This document shows, piece after piece, positions 55,691 through 64,000 of a stretch of 64,000 nucleotides of DNA; position 1 is the first letter of the stretch; every line of letters begins with the position of its first letter. A program made the translations under genes and the position numbers. Source of the stretch: Octopus vulgaris. Taxonomy: Eukaryota. The notes beneath the pieces are model-generated. The model did no database searches. It had not been told where the DNA came from and worked only from the letters and a program-made list of their open reading frames with translations. The DNA lies in assembly GCA_951406725.2 (NCBI GenBank), contig OX597830.1:37758001-37822000 (forward strand), written 5' to 3'.

Positions 55691-56511
55691 ACACATATAT
55701 ATATATGTGTGTGTGTGTGTGTAGGCATATATATACCCATATATATATGTGTGTATATATATATATATATTTACATAGGATATACATACATGCTTACATA
55801 GTATTAATACATAAAGTCATATATCAGTGAATATAAAGAAAGATACGTCTTTTCACATATTCCCCCCACCCATGTGTGAGTGTCTTTCTGTGTATATATG
55901 GAAGAACCCAAGTATGAAGATAGGAAAGAATGACATAGAGATCAGACAAGTAGCGCGTCAAAAATTATCTCTTCACCTGCAAAACTAAAACTTGGAATTT
56001 CGTAACCTCGACACTTCTTGGCAACCAACAGTACGATGTATAATATGCAAGCAAGCCTAGAATGCTCAAAGCGTCGGAATAATCGCCATGCTGCATTTGT
56101 ATCTCCCTGAACAAGCGGCAGCAAATCAGAACATTAGTGAGATTTCCAACAAGTCGGATAGAAAAGTCAGAAGTAGATAGATAGATATATATATATAGAT
56201 AGAAAAAACAACGATATAGAGAGAAAGGAGAGAGCGAGAGTATGTGTGTGAGAGAGAGAAAAGAGAGGAACACACAGTAAAGCCTATTGCTGGCGTGTGG
56301 GTAGAGTTAGCATCCGTAATATGTATGCATCAATAATATTTTATATAGTAATTTGCCTGTCTCTAATTCTCTCTATATATTGCGTACACACACATAACTG
56401 CGCACGTAAAGGCAGACAAGCGGGAAAGTTACTCGTAGAGTAGTACGCTTTGTATTAAAGCGGAAAAATGTTTACAATCTGTTACCAGAGTTTCACTTAT
56501 CCGTTCGGCGT

Positions 56512-56576
<65 letters not shown>

Positions 56577-56645
56577 TTATAAGTATATATATATATATAT
56601 ATATATATTTCAGGATTAAATAAAAATACAACGGAAAATAAGACA

Positions 56646-56743
<98 letters not shown>

Positions 56744-56861
56744 CAAAAATTTAGATTCAGATGAATATGGTACTTAAGTTGAGGTACCAGGATTTAGTAC
56801 GGTGCTATCCATACAATTTCAAAGTAAGGTGATTAAAACCAACAAGGATATCCAGAGGTAA

Positions 56862-56948
56862 TGCAGTACGATCGTTTCATGCAACTCCATTTAATTGAAC
56901 AGTGCAATCATTACACAAATTTAAAATGCAGAGCAATATTCAGCTGCA
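56862..56948 (-). ncRNA. Type I hammerhead-like motif with mutated core, within a PLE-type tail (~56742-57060)
   Basis: Minus: TGCAG-CTGAATA-TTGC...GCAT-GAAA-CGATCG-TA-CTGCA. Perfect stem I and palindromic stem III; core G8 is replaced by U. Confidence 0.6.
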
Positions 56949-59387
56949 CAAAGACATAGAATTTAATTAAATTAGAACAGATTGGCACATTAGTATAATT
57001 ATACCTAAAATCTTCAAGAAGTTAAGGGGCTAGACAAAGAACATGCTGTCTCACTCAGCTTTTATATATATACGCAGTGGGACTGAACGCGGAACCATAT
57101 GGCTGGGAAGCAAGCGTTTTGCCGGAGAGCCCCGTCTATATATGTATTACTTATATATAATTGTGTATATTATCATTCTTTACCACTCTAAATTCATATT
57201 TGTCATCATAAATTCATACACACAAACACACAAATGCGCGCACTCACACTCAGAAGCACATTCACACATACTCGCCAACAAGCACACACACACACGCACA
57301 TACTCACACACATTATGGATTGACCCTATCCAGCTCCATCATGTGCAGATTCTTCATACGCGCTTTGAAATACTCGAAGCAATAATAATCTTTGATTTAC
57401 TATTATGAGCAGATAATATTCATGTATTTTCCTCACTATATAAAGAGGGTATGACCCTAGCGCTTCCTAGGGATATATCTAAATTTATTTCACAATGAAC
57501 AAATAACTCAATAAACAAACGCTTAATGGAATTGTAACTTCAATCGAAAATGATATATCATTAAAAAGAAAAATCATGAAAAATTAGAGGACAATTGCTT
57601 TGTTTAGTATGAGCAATTAATAACCATTCAAAAACCAAATAATCACGTTACAGATCAGTTATTGGTAATATGTTCTCTGCAAGGAGACTTTAAACTTCAA
57701 TCAAATCTAATTAAATATAGTTCAATTGTTGGATAATATTCTTCATTGCTTCTATCTTGTCCGAATTTTACTGTTAGTTGTATTCCACTATATGAACTCT
57801 AAATCAAATATGGCTTACATGTGGGTGGAGACCTCTCTTAATTGGTACGATTCTATTGTAATACATTTTTCATTTGAACATATAAATAGTGTCTGGCAAC
57901 AAATAATAAGATGTATATTAGGAGATTAGAAGAAGAGAAATGAACTGCACTATATGTCAAACTTTTAAGAATACTCATGAGAAAATACTTTATGTTGCAT
58001 CAAGTTTGATATATCATTGTTATATAGAAAGAGCTTATTGACAATGGAGAAAATAAGTTGTGGCATTATGTTCACAATAAGCAATAAACTTAAAATGTAT
58101 ATTTTAAAAAGGTGATTTAAAATGGTATCTATAAAAGGTAAAACATTAAGAATTCTCGAAGGATCAGAGCCTCGTAAACAGAAAAACAGTCTCAAAATAG
58201 CTAAAACAAACATCAGACAAATATATAAGAAAACTAGTTCATATGTCGGTAATGATTCGTATCAAATTCGGTAATTTTTAAACGATGAAAATCCTAAAGA
58301 TTAGACGGAATGAAAATAACTGCGTGGGATTAGGTAATCTGACGTGAACGCTAGTTCCGGATATCTATGTACTGTTGGACGTATTTAGTTCTAGGGTTTC
58401 ACTTACAAATAAATTTATGGACATCCAATGGTGTCAAGTTTGTCAGGCCTACAAGCCATGACATACATTGAGAATTAGAATGCAGAACACGCGACGCTTA
58501 TTACACCAGCATCTTTTCGAAAGAAATGGGGACAAAATCCGTATATTAAAATCTTATGGCATGCAGTATATTCAATGATATTAATGAATATAAAATCTGA
58601 AGAGAAATTCCCTGAAAAATTTAGTTCCATATCTCTGCTTACTTTTATCTAAAAAATCAGAAAATCCCCGCCATAAAATTTTTAGCGGCATACATGCTCC
58701 TATTTTTGCAATAATATTCATTACAACTAAAATAGCTTACTTTAGAAATGAGATCGAAAGGATACACTATACATGCAGCGAGCCAGGAATCTAAATGTCA
58801 ACGTTACAAAAAATTACTAGATATCCTTATGTTGAAATAATATCCCAACTATTTCACCAAACGCCAGAATATCACCAGATAACAGAACAAACATTAAAAA
58901 TCCAGGGATAATTTGCTTTGTATTTTAAAGGAAAGACAACTGCTACAATCAGTCCGCCTCAAGATTCGTTACGAGTATTGATCAGCACACACTGGACCTT
59001 GAGATGAGTCCCAACTAAGAAGGATCCAACAGACCACGACGATTATTTATGCCTGCGTTACAACGTGTAGTATAAAAATCATACGTGGCAAACGTAATGA
59101 ATCTAAACATCGAACGTATCTTCAGATGACTGCATATACAGATTAGGCAACAGCTACATGCTTAATAATCCTTCCTACGGAAATGCCACACTCAGGATTC
59201 TTCCTATGAAAATTCCGCACTCAAACCATCCAGGCTTCTAATGAAACTACAACACGAAGCATTGGAAACCTGAAAATAAAAGAATCCATTATAATTACAA
59301 GGCAACCCATATATTGACAATATAACCAAGCCATATTCAGCTGATAAAACGCTACAGCAATGCCGGATGAGACGTCTTCAGTAAAGA

Positions 59388-59765
59388 TTTCAATAGAGCC
59401 TCTTCCCACGGACTGAGATAAACGAAATCGCTTTATACAGCTTTGAAGACCTCGTCTGTAGAAGTAGGTAGGATGCGTCTGAAGCTAAGACATTACCTCG
59501 GAGATAAGTTTATCATCATCTGAAAAGTACTTCACATTCAAAAAAAAAAAAAAATTCATGGTTGGAAAAAGGTGAAGGACAGATGGTGCAAGGTCGCAAG
59601 AGTAAGGCGGATGAGGAAGGATTTCATAGCCGCAAGAGTGTGCTTTCATCAGGGCAATATTCGCGTTGTGAACTGTGGCAGTGACTTGGAGAAGGCGGAC
59701 TCCTTTGGTCAGCATACTACACCTCCCTGCTTTGATGGAGTACCGCAATTTCTGCAGAAATTATA
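59388..59765 (-). mobile_element. Mariner transposase pseudogene (C-terminal catalytic region)
   Basis: KGVRLLQVTATVH...GYEILPHPPYSCDLAPSVLHLFPTM...FSDDDKLISEV, then FYRRGLQS. Matches the mariner HDNA..H and HPPYSPDLAPSD motifs in degenerate form. Confidence 0.85.
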
Positions 59766-59779
59766 CAGAAGCAATTATT

Positions 59780-60270
59780 AGCAACCCTACACACGCACGG
59801 ACACACTCATACTCAAGACAGAAAAAAATGCATGTACAAACAGCAGCATCAACGCACTCAAACGCTAGTCACCTCAACTCTCGGCCGCAAATACTAAATA
59901 CTGCTACTTACCTCTTCAGCCCTACGTTATCACAAACACATCACTCTTATAAACACAAATACAAACGTACCCAAGTAACTAGTCACACATATAAAAAAAC
60001 ACACAATGCCAATGTTCGTACTCTCCTACCTTCGAAAACCACTTCGTATATTTCTTGTCATTTTCGGTTGGTTATTTTTCAGTCAGGTAACGATACGCGT
60101 GATTTTCTTTGAGTATTTTCGTCTCCAGACTTTTCCCTCTCTCCTGTTTCTGACGAAGAGCTACGCTGCAAACGTCGCATCCCATTTTTTCGTTCCATCT
60201 TAATCTTTTTTTCTTTGGACGTCCTTTTGACTTTTACAGTTTTTTCAGTTTTCTTTTTGCGCGTGACTTG
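59780..60270 (+). mobile_element. CA-rich repeat with a related hammerhead-like module
   Basis: CTGACGA-A-GAGC-TAC-GCT-GCAAA-CGTC at 60150-60176. Architecture resembles 18725-19342. Confidence 0.5.
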
Positions 60271-60298
60271 CTACACACAGACACACACACACACACAC

Positions 60299-60338
<40 letters not shown>

Positions 60339-60404
60339 TTCTAAGTATCTCATTTCTTCTAATATAAAATACCTTTAAATCATCTCCAAACCATCTAACA
60401 TATA

Positions 60405-60466
<62 letters not shown>

Positions 60467-61103
60467 TATATGCATTCATATATACAAGGTTGCATTAAAG
60501 TTATGCCGTTTGAAGTGTTTATTTTTATAACGATTTAATAACCATCAATTAGTTAATACGAAATTGTTATATGTTTTATGCAGGCATTATATAATTTTTC
60601 TCTGGAAATATATGAATAAACTGACAATACGCTTATTTGCCTTTGCAAAAGAAGGAAAATAAAAGCCTGCACATAATTTGATTGAGATATTTGCATTATG
60701 GCATTTTCTGTGTGGATTTAAAAGGAACATATTAAAAAGAATATTTATACATTGAGTTACTCGAGCAATATGCACCTCCTCAAGGGCTCACTGACAATAT
60801 AATCATTAATATAAAGAAGTATATATAAATATATGTGTGTGCGTGTGTGTGCGTTCGTAAGCGAATGCGTGTGCGTGTTTGCATTGGAAGCCTTTTTAAA
60901 TTTCCATATTAAGTGACATGATATTTATTGAACCATTTCGAGAATGAGAAACACAAAATTCACGTCTTAACGAAACATCAACACTGCAGGTTGTACAGTG
61001 AAACAGTTTTCCTACCCTGTGAAAATGTTCTACTTCATAAATATTCTCAGACACAGGTGAATGTCCTACTTGCTTGTACAGGTAATGAATTATCTACAAT
61101 TGT

Positions 61104-61176
<73 letters not shown>

Positions 61177-61329
61177 TGTATGTATGTACGTATGTATGTA
61201 TGTATGTACGTATGTATGTGTGTATATATATATATGAATATAAGTATTTATATATATACATGTATATGTATATATATATATATGTATATGAATATATGTA
61301 TATATATCTATAATTACATATGTATATGA

Positions 61330-61375
<46 letters not shown>

Positions 61376-61377
61376 AG

Positions 61378-61414
<37 letters not shown>

Positions 61415-63480
61415 TAGAGAAATATGATATGCTGTGAATAAAGTTTATGAAAAAATCCTAAACATACACAATAGTCGGCTACGTTTATGATATTGCCATT
61501 CCTTTTGGAATCTTGACACGTCTCGTTTTATATGCAAATGCACCAATCGATTACTTTGGAGGATAAAACCCCATTTTACACGATAATTAACAACGATTTA
61601 CCGCCATTTTAGTTTGACACACTAATCCCTTAATGGTGAATAGCAGAGTTCTGTCAAAACTTTACAGTTTAATTCTCAACGTAATGAAATATTTTCCATA
61701 ATATTCTACTTGTGCAATAAGGTTACCTTCGATCAATTGTTGGACTTATGCAAATTTCTTAATACCATTACGACACATGCGTTTCTAAAGCATAAATTTC
61801 AGTGTTGTTCTCTTTAGGAACTCTGTTTTCTTATTATACAAATATGCTTTAACATAGCTGAGTCAATGTTTTCTGGCTTTCCTCAATCAAACGAACGGAT
61901 TATTCCGCATTGACAGAGCTATTAACACTGAACAAGAACTTAGACATCTTGATGTAAAAACATTGACGAATTAACTAAAACTTTAGTTTGGTTTTCACAT
62001 TGCATGCGACCTATTATGCTCTGAAGATATTATGTTCTTAATTTCTTTCAACTGAATCTTTCGATCGAAATGGTTTCGCCTTTTTACTAACCTTGCAACA
62101 GTTATCGACTATCTATTCAAGTAATACTATTCATACCTGAAAAAATATTTCAAAATTAGTGATTCAGTGAACCAATATATATGCATAATGTATTTATATA
62201 ATGACTTGTTTGTCACTCGTGCTACTTACACAAAGTTTCCCTCCTGTTTACGAAACTGATACATTTTGACGAGTTTTCACAACTGATATCCTGTACTTGT
62301 TTTATGTAAATTTCAGTGCATAGTTCTCCAGTAATGTTTCAATGCATTAAATTCCAATAGTAAAACTACCATAATTTCGTGCAGACCACAAAACAATGAT
62401 CGAAAGCAAATGTTATGTGTTTCAGTTACCAAATGATGCGATAAGAATTCATGTAGTCAGGGAATTCGTGCAACAAGCTATGGCATATGAATTAGATAAG
62501 CAATACAGCAAGCTTTTATGTAAATGTAGACAGAAAAGTACATTTCATTCTACACCGGGTGTTGTATAATTGACACCGAGCGAGAGGCATCATCTTGAAT
62601 ACTATACCCTTACATAAGATTTCTTTTTTTATTCACCATCGTTGTATCTCTACCTACGTGGAATACAATACTGCGTTGTGAGTCTAATAATTGTGATGTG
62701 AAAATGATCTGGCTTCAGCCAAATACAAGAATGTCAGATTTAAACATGTAGCGAGAAGTTTTTATTTGCAGATCAGCTTGGAAGTTCGGATTACGATAAC
62801 AAAGTCTCTATGTTTTCTATATGTGTTTATACACACATATAGAAAAAATAATACTCACTCATAAGATATGAAAAGAAAAATACCTATCCACTTGCAAACT
62901 GTTCTGCATTATGTAGTTATTGAGTAGTTTGTGATGTTGATGCATTCCTAGGTCTGAAACGATTGACGGTGTCTGATAGTGGCTTCCCTTGGGAATTTTC
63001 CAGCAAGAGCGTTGACATTTGCACACTCCAATTGCTTTCAGATTCTCGAATGGCCTTATCTTTATATTTACAAATACTGTTTATTATAGAACGTCACTAG
63101 TTACCTTCCGTTCATATCGAGTTTTACTTTTTCTTACGCTCTAACTATTAGATTGCGAGAACGGTCAGATAATATATCACATCTAATAACAGAATCGAAT
63201 TTCTGCAGCCTAAGGCTTTATGAAACACAGATAAAGAGGTGTTTCTCATGCAATTTCTATGACATTAATTTAAAATTATATCGTATCACGTCCAAGAAAG
63301 GAAAGCCTTCCATCTTACACGCACATATCTATGTATGTATGTACGCATGTATGCATGTGTGTATGCATGAATGCATTATGTATGTGTATGTGTGTGTCTA
63401 TGCATGTGTGAATTTATGTGTATGTATATAATTATGTATGTGTGTGCCTTTGCGTATGTGTATCTGTGAGTGTGTTCGTG

Positions 63481-63517
<37 letters not shown>

Positions 63518-63570
63518 GAGTGATGACTATGAAGTGGAGATCCAGTATGCTTGAAGTAGACTCCATATAA

Positions 63571-63623
<53 letters not shown>

Positions 63624-63856
63624 TTTATATGTAAATATGGAGGTACGTATATATTTATATATTTCAGAAAAAGTATGCAAATTGACATATACATACATTT
63701 ATACGCGCATATTAATAGAAAGCTGCTCAGAAATACTAACGGGTATGTACACGTAAAACTTGTCAGAGCTGGCCGCAAACGATACGATTACAGGTCATTT
63801 TGTACGCAACTGTTACTGTCTTGCCTGTGGTGTACCATTGAAATATGTATATGTAC

Positions 63857-63927
<71 letters not shown>

Positions 63928-64000
63928 TATATTGCTGTATTACGGTACGGTCATTTTTTGGCAAAATTAACACACGCCCTATATATCTTCTTCTTTAGTC

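Noticed and set aside
58250-59390. Possible old LINE relics here and at ~35600-36700, 53300-53690 and 62400-63060
   Set aside because: Complex sequence, but no protein motif could be recovered by eye; needs BLASTX against TE libraries.

Overview
AT-rich, microsatellite-dense animal genomic DNA, not prokaryotic. The repeat landscape suggests a cephalopod such as Octopus; this is inference from remembered repeat families, not a database result. Only one intact protein-coding region is supportable: an allatostatin-A/galanin-type (buccalin-receptor-like) class A GPCR on the minus strand (13412-14518), with an intronless CDS, a splice acceptor just upstream and two overlapping uORFs. Almost all other ORFs in the track are microsatellite artefacts. 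The remainder is transposon debris: several tRNA-derived SINE families (some with clear target-site duplications, one a trimer), R4/Dong-like and CR1/L2-like LINE relics, Tc1 and mariner relics, a canonical non-autonomous Helitron, a foldback MITE and a 5S rRNA pseudogene. There are also many Penelope-like element relics carrying type I hammerhead ribozyme motifs. The most notable signals are about ten hammerhead motifs (two near-intact, and one family sharing an unusual CUGUNGA core) and an in-frame UGA/AUG overlap upstream of the receptor that a single A-to-I edit would switch. All alignments and folds were done by eye.
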